DNA of 64,000 nt from positions 1 through 64,000 of the IMG/VR virus record IMGVR_UViG_3300049893_000724. One strand, given 5' to 3'. The notes under the pieces were generated by a model. The model was not told the DNA's origin, did no database searches, and worked only from the letters and a program-made list of their open reading frames with translations. This document shows, piece after piece, positions 9,615 to 18,937 of the stretch. The DNA comes from a virus. A program made the position numbers and the translations under genes. How positions within the stretch are numbered: position 1 is the first letter of the stretch; every line of letters starts with the position of its first letter.

Positions 9615-10409
9615 TCAATTCTCCTTTCTAACGTCATAGTGGTATCCAGAAACTGAGTATTCATTGTTGTTTCCTGGATAATCTGCTGGGCTTTCACCCT
9701 CATATTCTGGAATTAATCGTTCACCATCAGCACGAGTTCCAAAAATATGATAGAAGCAATGAATAGGAATTCCGCTTCTTGATTGTAGATAAACTTTCTC
9801 TTCATCAATTCTCTTTACAATTACATCTTGGTGAGCACCAATTGGAGTAAGAGATACTGTGATGGTTGTGAAGTCTACAAGTTTCTTCCAGTATTGTGGA
9901 AGTTCAATTTCAGTTCTGTTGAGAACCTTTCCTCTCACATAAACATCATTTGATGGACCTTCTGGACAGGTGTGGCGAAGTCTCCAACCCTCTTTAGTTG
10001 GGTGAGGAATATCAAAGTTTTTCTTTGCTGCAAGAATATGACCACCACAGTTGGAAATCACATTGCCCGATACAATCAGGTCACCACCCGCTTGGATACG
10101 ATAATTCACATCCAAGTTTCCCATCACTGCAGCATTGTTTGAGACGCACAGTGCATAAGGATTACTTACGGGTAAACATAAAGCACCTGGTACAAACGGT
10201 GGAGTAGAATCTGGATCTGGATTTGATAGTGGTCCAATATTTACAGTTGCATATGCTGTAGGAAAGTGTGTTGGACTTCCAAAAACAGCAGGACCTTCAA
10301 TAAAAGCAGATCCATTAATTTTTTGGTCGCCCTCCTTAATTGCAGGAACAACACCTGCTCCTACTTTAAGTTGCCCACCTACGTTTACATCATCCCATCC
10401 TGCAGTCAT
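9615..10409 (-). CDS. Baseplate/spike-associated protein
   Basis: beta-rich N-half; C-terminal FDIPHPTKEGWRLRHTCPEGPSNDVYVRGKV domain; follows gp5-C-like gene. Confidence 0.65.
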   Translation of the reverse strand: MTAGWDDVNVGGQLKVGAGVVPAIKEGDQKINGSAFIEGPAVFGSPTHFPTAYATVNIGPLSNPDPDSTPPFVPGALCLPVSNPYALCVSNNAAVMGNLDVNYRIQAGGDLIVSGNVISNCGGHILAAKKNFDIPHPTKEGWRLRHTCPEGPSNDVYVRGKVLNRTEIELPQYWKKLVDFTTITVSLTPIGAHQDVIVKRIDEEKVYLQSRSGIPIHCFYHIFGTRADGERLIPEYEGESPADYPGNNNEYSVSGYHYDVRKEN

Positions 10410-10421
10410 TGTTTAGCTCCT

Positions 10422-11132
10422 TTATACTCTGTTATTTTTTTGTTGATAATTACGTCCTCCATTCTTGGAGTCCTTCTTCGCACAGGCATCAGTCACCCCC
10501 TTAATAATTGATCCATACATTTTTAAGACTCCATTTGAAATAACTTCTCCTGTTCCTGGTGTTGCTAATTTGTAATTAACTTTTGCGTCTACTAAGAATT
10601 TTTTTGAATCGGTACTGATATTTTCAGTGGCAGTCATTTGGATATTTCCTTTACTGCCGCCTTCACCTGTCGCAACAAGTTCAATATCAGTTCCTTCTAA
10701 TCTAATTTTACCATTAGATGCAACAATAAGTATATTACCATTTTTTGCATTTAACATCAAGGTGTCTTGTGCTTCTTGATTAGCACGACCTGCCTCTACT
10801 TGGAAATTTCCAGGACTTGTAATGGTGGTCCATCCTTTTCTAGGACCATCTTTGTCCATAGAAAATTGATGCTTACCATCTGGTGCTTGCAGAATAACTG
10901 CGGCAGTTACGTCTGCCTGTGAGTGAATATGACCAAAGCTTATCGAACCATGATCATTACCATATCTTATAGCAGTATAATTTTGTTTTGAGGTGTCTGC
11001 TGGATTTGGATTTTCTCCACTGACAGGCAATCTATCTTCAACGCAATTTTTAAAGTTTTCAAAACTTTGAGTTATTTCCTCATTTTTAAGTGCGTTATCT
11101 AAAGATTTAAGTATTCCTGTTTCTTCTGCCAT
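10422..11132 (-). CDS. gp5 C-terminal-like (beta-helix spike) protein
   Basis: IRYGNDHGSISFGHIH...LNAKNGNILIVASNGKIRLEGTDIEL: short beta-strand repeats as in cyanophage gp5 C-termini. Confidence 0.55.
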   Translation of the reverse strand: MAEETGILKSLDNALKNEEITQSFENFKNCVEDRLPVSGENPNPADTSKQNYTAIRYGNDHGSISFGHIHSQADVTAAVILQAPDGKHQFSMDKDGPRKGWTTITSPGNFQVEAGRANQEAQDTLMLNAKNGNILIVASNGKIRLEGTDIELVATGEGGSKGNIQMTATENISTDSKKFLVDAKVNYKLATPGTGEVISNGVLKMYGSIIKGVTDACAKKDSKNGGRNYQQKNNRV

Positions 11133-11157
11133 TTATAAATCTCCTGGTATGTTATAT

Positions 11158-14100
11158 TTAAATAAGATTTTCAGGCGTCCCAGGGAGGTTAAGTCTAGGA
11201 TTATTACTATTAATGTCAGTACCCTGTCTCTGGATTGCAGATGGAGGTGTGGTGACCTTAGCATCAATACTTTCTTGAAGTGTAGCATAAACCTGAACAA
11301 GATCTCCTGGGGTCTCATAGAACCCCGCATAACTAACTCCGTCTTTATAGAAGACAGCACCATAATAAGGTCTTCCATCAATATAACCAGTTTGTTTCAG
11401 ACCAACCAAGTCAGTAACCTGAATCAACTTATCTGGTGCAACAATTGGATCTCTAATGACTTCTAGCACAGGTATCAATTCTGCACCTATGCCAGTATCA
11501 CTCTCAATTGTTATTTCTGGATAAGTTGTAAAACCATAACACCCACCATTTACAGTCACACCCGTTATCCTACCAAAAGTATCACAAGTATAACTTAAAT
11601 CACAACCAAAATCAGGGGTGATTACTATCCGATCCTTTGAGCAATCATAGTTAATTCCAGTGCTACCTGGACCATCTGGAGGAATAATCACATCTTTTAA
11701 TCTTAAAGTTACTGGATATCCAGGTAAGGGATCTCCAGGGTTATTGGGTCTTGAGCGAGGAAATCTATTTCCAGGTTCATCGACAATTACTGCAACAACA
11801 GGTCCTTTACCTTTAACTTTCTTAGGGCAAGGTGGTGGAATGAGAATTGCAGAGATACCCATTGGATTTTCTGTCCAAGGTTTGCTGATCCCTGTTGAAG
11901 AATCAACAGGGACCGTAATCTGTGCAAATCCAACTACTGGATTTTGTTCAAATCCAGTTTCAGGGATGCGAATATTTGTGAGTTCTAATTCAACTGTTTT
12001 CTTTCCACTTGTTGCATTGAAGTTTAGTTTTCTTCTACCTTCAAATACTTTTGCCCTACCAACTTCAATGCCATCAATTTTTACAATCAAATTATCATCC
12101 GCCTCTGCCTCTAGTGTGTATTGACCTGTCACAGGAAAATCAACATTCGACCAACGGAAGATCCAAGTCTTACCTTGAATTTCTTCATTTGGTTTAGCAT
12201 TAATATTTTGGAAGACAGGTGAAATAAAATCACCTTTATAGTTTGCAATAGGAGTTGGTCCTTCATAAACAACACCAGCAGCAGTGGGTGATTGTTTTAT
12301 GATGGCAGTAGAAACAGTTGTTCCAACTTCTTTTGTAACTTGTGATGAACCTTTCTTCTTCCATACTTTAAGTTTATGCAAACCATAAGACTGAATGGAC
12401 CGTGAGAATCGTCCATCTCTAGTCGGTATAGAAAAAGCAGAAGTTTCTGAAAAAGCACCTAAGGTGACTCTAGTTTGGTCATCAACTTGAATATATTCCC
12501 CTGCAGTATATGGACCTTTTGTTCCAACATCTGCAACTGTCCCATCTATTTTTCCACCACCCCAGAAAATAAATCCATTATTTGTACCAAAAGAAACACC
12601 TGGAGGTCCTAATATGTAAGTAGAAGAACCACCACGAGCCATATTTCCTAATTGAACTGCTCCATATGTAACCCAATTACTAGGAACTCTTGCATCATAC
12701 TTACTACCTGTTGCAATATTGTCACGCAATGGACCAATATATGTTTCCGATTGAAGTTCATATTCATCAACTTGTTCTTGTACTACTATTGGTTGAACAC
12801 TAGGTTGAACTAACCAATCTTTCGTACTGAATACTTTTTTGTTTATCTTTTCATAAGTTTCCGTCACTCCATTTTCAACTTCAATCTGTATCTTGTGTCT
12901 TCCTTTGCTTAGAAAAACTTTCTTCGACTTTGGATTATTTTCTCTGAAGTTATAGATAACTCCACCATCAATTGCTTCGATACCGCTTCTACGTTCAACT
13001 CCACTTCCACCTTTTGTATTTTTTAGATTTGTTGGAATATAATTTGCCTGCATTACAGGTTTATCATCAACTAAAATTCTACCTGCATTATCAACGGTAG
13101 ATTTGAAGGCATAGAAACCATCATAAGGAATATCAACTTCCCATTCGTTTCTATATACGATTCCACCACCATCAGTTCCTTTCTTTGATAATGGTGGAAT
13201 TGGGGAGATTGCATAACGATTCATAAACTGGCTCCACTGGAATCCAGGATCACCTTTATAATTCACTGGCCACCATTTTTGCTTAGCATTTGGAAATCTT
13301 GTAGTCCAAATTGGATTGTTAGGACATCTCCCCTCTTGCTGAGGAATTGGTTCCTGAGGAATGGGTGGCATAGGTGCATCAATTGTTAATGCAACTCCCA
13401 TTGGATTTTCATTCCAAGACCTGGGTGTGACCACTTCATCTTCAGCGAAAGAAGTTTCAATATTTACAGCAAGAGCCATCGGATTACCTTTTGCCAAAGG
13501 TCCAACATTAATTTGCTTCAATTCTGCGATGAGTTTATAACTTCCTTTTTTGAATGCTCTTGTTTCTAAACTCTTTCCGGTGCTTTTACCAGGAGAACTA
13601 TATCCTATTTTTGTAATGACTGTTTCTGTTCCAGCGCCAATAAACTTTAGAGTTACATCATCATCAACCATTACTTCAATATTGTAGTTTCCATCAACGG
13701 GGAAATTAATATTGTCCCAAACAATTGTGTGAGTGCCCGAAAAACTTTCAGTCTGTGCTTCTGCTGAGTTTGGATCAAAGGGAAGAATACCATATTGATT
13801 TATGAATCCTGCGTCTCTTCCTGCTCTTGGATCCAGTCTCCACAATTGTCGATTTGCTTTACCAATATAATCTACAGTATTAAAAATTTGTCTTGTTTGG
13901 GTACTATCTGTTTGAGTAGATGGTTGTGATTTTGAAGCAATAGGAGTTGGTGTTACTGCATTAGGAAGTGCATTAATTGAAGAAATTGTAAGGTCAACAG
14001 TATCATCAACACAGACAGAAATTTGATAGTCTCCGTCTTCATTAAGAGTTATATTATTCCATTCAATAGTAGTTGTTGAAAATGATTGGAGATTTTCTGG

Positions 14101-15522
14101 AAAGACGCCGTTTTTTATAAGAAAACCATCACTGAAAGCAGCGGCATTTTTTAATTGATCATATTCTGATTTTCTTAATTGTATGATGGGCAAAAGTTTT
14201 GGAGTTGCAGCTCCAATGTTTCCTAAACTATTAAAAACTGTCTTTCCGTTTGCTTTATTTTTTATTTCAATTGCAATTGCCCCAGGGTTACCTAAATTTT
14301 TAAAGACTGCGGTTATTTTGTATGTGCCTGCCTTGAAATTATTAGGAACATCTCTAACTCCCGTATAAGATGTTTGAATTTTAAAAGGTTGTTGTGTTGG
14401 AATTGTGGGTTGGGATATTATTTGCTTTGTTATTTTTTCTTTGATTGGTCTATTATACAAGTCAATTCGAATACGATGCACACCAGCATTTACACTCTTT
14501 TGTATAATATTTGGAGTATCTTTTACACTTAATGCACTATCTTGACGATTATTCTCACCAATAAATGTTACACTTTGAAGATCACCTAGTTTTAAATTAT
14601 CCAGATAGAGTGTTGCCTTATTATCAGCAAGACCTCTGAAAACATATTCACCATCATATGGAAATTCTTCTTCCCATTCAAGGGTAAATCCTTCTCCAGA
14701 AAAGTCACTTCTAGGAGCATTTGATGGTGGAACAGGAGAAATAGCGTGCGCGTTTAAGAAGTCGCTCCAAGCAGGATAAGTTACATTATGTTTAATTTTG
14801 GTTGTTCGATTCGCAGAAGTTACTCTCAGTGGGTTTTTCTTTCTTGTAGTCCACCAAGGTGTTTGTAGTTGTTGTAAAAAGTCTTGGTACTCTTTAATCT
14901 CTATGGCAATAGGATCTTTGGTAAGGTTAGCATATAAAGTAGGATCCCAGTTTCCTAAAACTTTTCCGTCAGGACCATACCTAACACCATATCCAACATC
15001 AGTTGGTTCACAAATTTCATATTCTTCAAAGTCTCCTTCTTGGTCATAATACTCTACAGTCTCTACAACTTCACCAAGAACTGCACGGGCAACCGCACCA
15101 GCACCAATCCCACAGTTATCTTTAACTTCAACAATGGGAGGATACTGATATCCAAATCCACCAGATACTAAATCTACGGCAAGTAATGCGCCATCTTCAC
15201 CAAATACGGGATTACCTTTGGCTCCTACTCCTCCACCACCATAAAAATATACTTCTGGAGATCCACAATCAGAATCTAATACAATGCCACCACAGGAACT
15301 TCCAGCGGATATAATGTCATCGGGAGTTAATTTATTAACTTCATTAATGTTTAGATACTTAATAAAGTTTCTTGTCTTAAAAACAAACTGTGTTCCTGGA
15401 TTTAATTTTGCATAATCATTTGCTTCGCATATGGTAACATTGTCAACAAACCCTCTGTCCGTTGATATGTAACCAACACGAATGGAATTTTTTGTTGCAG
15501 GACCAAAGATATTAAACGACAT
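11158..15522 (-). CDS. PA14-like repeat virion protein (1454 aa)
   Basis: Five W-x5-6-DG-x-Y-x7-D(D/N) modules; GGFGYQYPPIVEV baseplate-type repeat near N-terminus. Confidence 0.7.
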   Translation of the reverse strand: MSFNIFGPATKNSIRVGYISTDRGFVDNVTICEANDYAKLNPGTQFVFKTRNFIKYLNINEVNKLTPDDIISAGSSCGGIVLDSDCGSPEVYFYGGGGVGAKGNPVFGEDGALLAVDLVSGGFGYQYPPIVEVKDNCGIGAGAVARAVLGEVVETVEYYDQEGDFEEYEICEPTDVGYGVRYGPDGKVLGNWDPTLYANLTKDPIAIEIKEYQDFLQQLQTPWWTTRKKNPLRVTSANRTTKIKHNVTYPAWSDFLNAHAISPVPPSNAPRSDFSGEGFTLEWEEEFPYDGEYVFRGLADNKATLYLDNLKLGDLQSVTFIGENNRQDSALSVKDTPNIIQKSVNAGVHRIRIDLYNRPIKEKITKQIISQPTIPTQQPFKIQTSYTGVRDVPNNFKAGTYKITAVFKNLGNPGAIAIEIKNKANGKTVFNSLGNIGAATPKLLPIIQLRKSEYDQLKNAAAFSDGFLIKNGVFPENLQSFSTTTIEWNNITLNEDGDYQISVCVDDTVDLTISSINALPNAVTPTPIASKSQPSTQTDSTQTRQIFNTVDYIGKANRQLWRLDPRAGRDAGFINQYGILPFDPNSAEAQTESFSGTHTIVWDNINFPVDGNYNIEVMVDDDVTLKFIGAGTETVITKIGYSSPGKSTGKSLETRAFKKGSYKLIAELKQINVGPLAKGNPMALAVNIETSFAEDEVVTPRSWNENPMGVALTIDAPMPPIPQEPIPQQEGRCPNNPIWTTRFPNAKQKWWPVNYKGDPGFQWSQFMNRYAISPIPPLSKKGTDGGGIVYRNEWEVDIPYDGFYAFKSTVDNAGRILVDDKPVMQANYIPTNLKNTKGGSGVERRSGIEAIDGGVIYNFRENNPKSKKVFLSKGRHKIQIEVENGVTETYEKINKKVFSTKDWLVQPSVQPIVVQEQVDEYELQSETYIGPLRDNIATGSKYDARVPSNWVTYGAVQLGNMARGGSSTYILGPPGVSFGTNNGFIFWGGGKIDGTVADVGTKGPYTAGEYIQVDDQTRVTLGAFSETSAFSIPTRDGRFSRSIQSYGLHKLKVWKKKGSSQVTKEVGTTVSTAIIKQSPTAAGVVYEGPTPIANYKGDFISPVFQNINAKPNEEIQGKTWIFRWSNVDFPVTGQYTLEAEADDNLIVKIDGIEVGRAKVFEGRRKLNFNATSGKKTVELELTNIRIPETGFEQNPVVGFAQITVPVDSSTGISKPWTENPMGISAILIPPPCPKKVKGKGPVVAVIVDEPGNRFPRSRPNNPGDPLPGYPVTLRLKDVIIPPDGPGSTGINYDCSKDRIVITPDFGCDLSYTCDTFGRITGVTVNGGCYGFTTYPEITIESDTGIGAELIPVLEVIRDPIVAPDKLIQVTDLVGLKQTGYIDGRPYYGAVFYKDGVSYAGFYETPGDLVQVYATLQESIDAKVTTPPSAIQRQGTDINSNNPRLNLPGTPENLI

Positions 15523-15556
15523 TACTTATTAGTTCTATCTTTTTTCTTCATAGTGG

Positions 15557-15563
15557 TATTTAT
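15557..15563 (-). promoter_or_regulatory. T4-type late promoter (ATAAATA)
   Basis: ATAAATA overlapping the gp5 stop, upstream of the PA14 gene. Confidence 0.65.
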
Positions 15564-17284
15564 TGTTTAAGTTTAACGTCTGGTGTTGCTTTTGTTGGTT
15601 CTAGATATGGAGCATCTGGTATTGGTGATACTGAAACTGATTGTTGTGCTGCATTATCAACACCCTTTTCACTTGGAAGTTGGGAATCTGGTTGTGCTCC
15701 ACTACCTCTTCCAAATGTATAGAAATCAGATACTGCAACATTAGGTTTCAACTCACATCCAAATATATTCAAACTAATATTAGTAAAACTTAATGCATCA
15801 GATAAACTTCCGCTAATATTACCAATGTTGGAAGTTATATCTGATAAGGATCCACTAACACCAGCAATTTGCCCTTGAATATCATCAAGAAAAGCATTTA
15901 CATTATCAACAATTGTATTATTTGCATCATCAATTTTTTGCTTGTTATATGAAATTGCCTGTCCCGCAAGAGTTTCTGCATAACACATTGGAACACTAGG
16001 AGTTATATTCCTATTTGAAGGACTACTTCTCATTTGTTCTTCCAACTCTTTTGGTTTTAAAATACCAACTAACAAACTTTCAATAAGTCCACACAAACCT
16101 TGCGTAATTTTATTATACAAACATAAAATAAGTTCAACAAGAATTTCTTTCATATCAGCAAACATATTTCTCATGCTCGAAGGCATTGCTGATACCACCT
16201 TAGTAAGTTCTTTGTTCAACAGTTTAAGAACATACTCCATAATCTTATCAAAAATAATCTTCATATATTTTGCAATAATACAAGCCGCTTTAGAAATCAA
16301 GTTTTGTATACTCGTGATTAAACCAGAAACTGCATCTGCATAGCAAGTAATTGCATTTAAGTATTTTTTAATTTCACGCATCAAGTTATCCAAAACTGTT
16401 TGAATACACTTAAGTGCTGATGTAATTTTATTTTCCCCTGGTTTCATCAAGGGAATTTTTTCATCATAAAGATCTTTTCGTTTTAAATCTGCCGCACTTA
16501 TTTGATGAACGGCATCAGCGTTTTCTTTTGCTGCTCCTGGTTGTGGTGGGGATGTAGGTGAACTTGCTTCTTTACATCTATTTTTAATTCCCTCTGCTAC
16601 TACCTTTTGTACATATTCTTCCTTCGCAGTCCCCACTAATCCTTTTTGATCTGCTTCTGCTCTCGCACTTTGAGCATCTGCAAGTTGCGTTGATGTAAGT
16701 GGTTTATCTGGTCTTAATCCATACTTATTAAGAGTAACTCCAGGAGGGGCTGGAGCACATTCATCTGCTTGTGCTTTTGATTTGGGTTTAAGAACTACCT
16801 TTCCTTCATCAGGAACCTTTGGTTTAGCAGTTCCTTTTGGTGGATTTTTTCCAGCAGCATGTCCACTTGTAGCGGCAAAATTTTCTTTCCAATTAGTATT
16901 CAGAGCGGTCTGAGCATTATTGCCCAGAACACCCATAATAACTGGAACTTGTTGGTCTTGTCCATCAAGAAAGAAACCAAATACAAAATTTCCTTGGCGT
17001 AGATTAGGTGTTTGTGATGAATTTGCCTGCCCACCGCCAGCAGTGACAGGATACATTACCTGAGCCCAAGGCAGTTGATCCGAAGGAATCGTTGCTTCCT
17101 CTCTGTCGTGCAACCCAATAATCCTTACTTTATATCTTCTTCCCCATCCAGGAATGGTATTTGCATCTGCGAATTTTCCCGGCAGAATGTTATCTCTCCA
17201 AGTGGAATCGTCAGCAATCTGACCAATCCACCAGTTAAAACCTCCACCCAAAAACCCTGGATTGAATAAAGAACTTTCAGCCAT
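15560..17284 (-). CDS. gp5: Baseplate hub/central spike gp5, N-terminal OB-fold part
   Basis: FNWWIGQI...RYKVRIIGLH...LPWAQVMYPVTAGGG...VFGFFLDGQDQQVPVIMGVL, the gp5 OB-fold signature. Confidence 0.85.
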   Translation of the reverse strand: MAESSLFNPGFLGGGFNWWIGQIADDSTWRDNILPGKFADANTIPGWGRRYKVRIIGLHDREEATIPSDQLPWAQVMYPVTAGGGQANSSQTPNLRQGNFVFGFFLDGQDQQVPVIMGVLGNNAQTALNTNWKENFAATSGHAAGKNPPKGTAKPKVPDEGKVVLKPKSKAQADECAPAPPGVTLNKYGLRPDKPLTSTQLADAQSARAEADQKGLVGTAKEEYVQKVVAEGIKNRCKEASSPTSPPQPGAAKENADAVHQISAADLKRKDLYDEKIPLMKPGENKITSALKCIQTVLDNLMREIKKYLNAITCYADAVSGLITSIQNLISKAACIIAKYMKIIFDKIMEYVLKLLNKELTKVVSAMPSSMRNMFADMKEILVELILCLYNKITQGLCGLIESLLVGILKPKELEEQMRSSPSNRNITPSVPMCYAETLAGQAISYNKQKIDDANNTIVDNVNAFLDDIQGQIAGVSGSLSDITSNIGNISGSLSDALSFTNISLNIFGCELKPNVAVSDFYTFGRGSGAQPDSQLPSEKGVDNAAQQSVSVSPIPDAPYLEPTKATPDVKLKQ

Positions 17285-17496
17285 CAGTCTTCATAAATCC
17301 TGCATTCAGATGCATCTGGGTGATCATTACAATACAACTCTAAACCAGTTGGGTCGTGATGATCATTGGGATGATTTTCAACCCATCTTTCAAGAGCATC
17401 TAACTCTTCTTCTACATGGCGTCTTGCTTGTGCTGATGTAGTTGGATCATCTAATATTTTTTTGTCATGCTCTATGTGCTTTTCTACACTTTCCAT
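17284..17496 (-). CDS. cp12: CP12 Calvin-cycle inhibitor
   Basis: C-terminal LELYCNDHPDASECRIYED with the CP12 C-x8-C pair; RRHVEEEL core. Confidence 0.9.
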   Translation of the reverse strand: MESVEKHIEHDKKILDDPTTSAQARRHVEEELDALERWVENHPNDHHDPTGLELYCNDHPDASECRIYED

Positions 17497-17533
17497 AGTA
17501 GGAATTTATCAGTGTTATTTACTATTTAACAGT

Positions 17534-18913
17534 TTATTTTCCAAAAGGATAATATGTTGGAGATCCTTTTTTACCAACGGAGTCTCTGACCGCAGTGATT
17601 TTAGTATATCCACCCTCAGTTATACTTATATAATGACACAAATCAGCAATCACATAATAACCACCAAGATGATCATCCATTTGTTTTGTTGTGCTTGTAT
17701 CGTGAGATGGAGTATCAATATAAATTAAATCTCCAGCGTGTAAACTAAAATCTGCGTAAATTGTGATTGTCGTTTTTGAAGAGAATAATTGATTATATCT
17801 CATCACAGATTGTCCCAGGATATTTCTGGGATCAAAATTTTGTTCTTTTGATTTTTCAATTTGTTGTCTTGTAGTTCCAGAAGGTAATGTTCCAGTATCA
17901 AGGAGAATGTATTGTGTTCGAGTAAAATCTCTACCATCTTCTTTACGATTTAATTCTGGATTTAATTTTGGTAGAGTCTTTCCTGCTTTTTGTAAGTTAT
18001 TTTCAGATCCCAGCAATCCCTTATCTGCTTGAGAATTTGGAGTAATAACTTCATATACACAAGAAAAAGGATCAAAAAGAATTGTTCTTGTTGAATAAGT
18101 TCCAGCTTCATCTTTGGTTTGCATATCACCACTTGGAGTTGGTGGAACCAACTCTAATATTTTTCCATCATACCCCGCAGGCAAATCCGCAGTTTGATTA
18201 TACGCAAAACTTTTAATTTTCTTTTTCCCACCAGACGGATCAGTTTCTGATAACATTCCATCAATGGACTTGAATTTAAATCCATCCGAAGTTTCAAAAA
18301 AGAAAAATCCTGCGGTATTACCTTTAGCATTTTGTGTTTTTGGAATTGCTTTTTTTGCAAGCCAATTTAATGCATAAAATGGTCTTCTTTGATCTCCTGT
18401 AAAATTTAATTCGTTTTCAGTTTCTTCTATATCTAATTTTTTTTCCGATCCAAGAAGTTGAGGATCGGTAAGAATTTTTCTAACGTGTTCAGAAATTTTG
18501 CCATCATATCTTTTATTCAAAACTGACTTAAAATTCCATAGTCCTTCCTTTGACACAAATTCTAATCCAACCAAAGACTTCAAAGTATCTTTAGATAATG
18601 GAGTAATTTTATTCACATACAATTCAACTTTAATCTCTACTCCCTGTGGATCAACCATTGTGATTGATGTTTTTTCTTTTCCTTCTAAAGGAAGACCATC
18701 AAGAAGTGTTCTATAAATTCCATTTTTTTGAACTGTCTGTCCATTATCCGCGTATATAATTTGTGCTCTTATAGTTTCATTCAAAATACTTTCATAATAA
18801 TAAAAGTCAGTGAACATATCAGGAAGTTTATCACTCTTCGTGACTCCATCATTTGATATAATTAAAATATTTTTTAGATTAACTAATCTTTGTTCGACTG
18901 TCTTTTGAGACAT
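17534..18913 (-). CDS. Baseplate hub/tail protein (gp27-like)
   Basis: FYYYESIL..., GFFFFETSDGFKFKSID, LHAGDLIYID...GYYVIADLCH layout of hub proteins; position in baseplate module. Confidence 0.55.
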   Translation of the reverse strand: MSQKTVEQRLVNLKNILIISNDGVTKSDKLPDMFTDFYYYESILNETIRAQIIYADNGQTVQKNGIYRTLLDGLPLEGKEKTSITMVDPQGVEIKVELYVNKITPLSKDTLKSLVGLEFVSKEGLWNFKSVLNKRYDGKISEHVRKILTDPQLLGSEKKLDIEETENELNFTGDQRRPFYALNWLAKKAIPKTQNAKGNTAGFFFFETSDGFKFKSIDGMLSETDPSGGKKKIKSFAYNQTADLPAGYDGKILELVPPTPSGDMQTKDEAGTYSTRTILFDPFSCVYEVITPNSQADKGLLGSENNLQKAGKTLPKLNPELNRKEDGRDFTRTQYILLDTGTLPSGTTRQQIEKSKEQNFDPRNILGQSVMRYNQLFSSKTTITIYADFSLHAGDLIYIDTPSHDTSTTKQMDDHLGGYYVIADLCHYISITEGGYTKITAVRDSVGKKGSPTYYPFGK

Positions 18914-18937
18914 TTATATCATACCTCTTTATTATAT

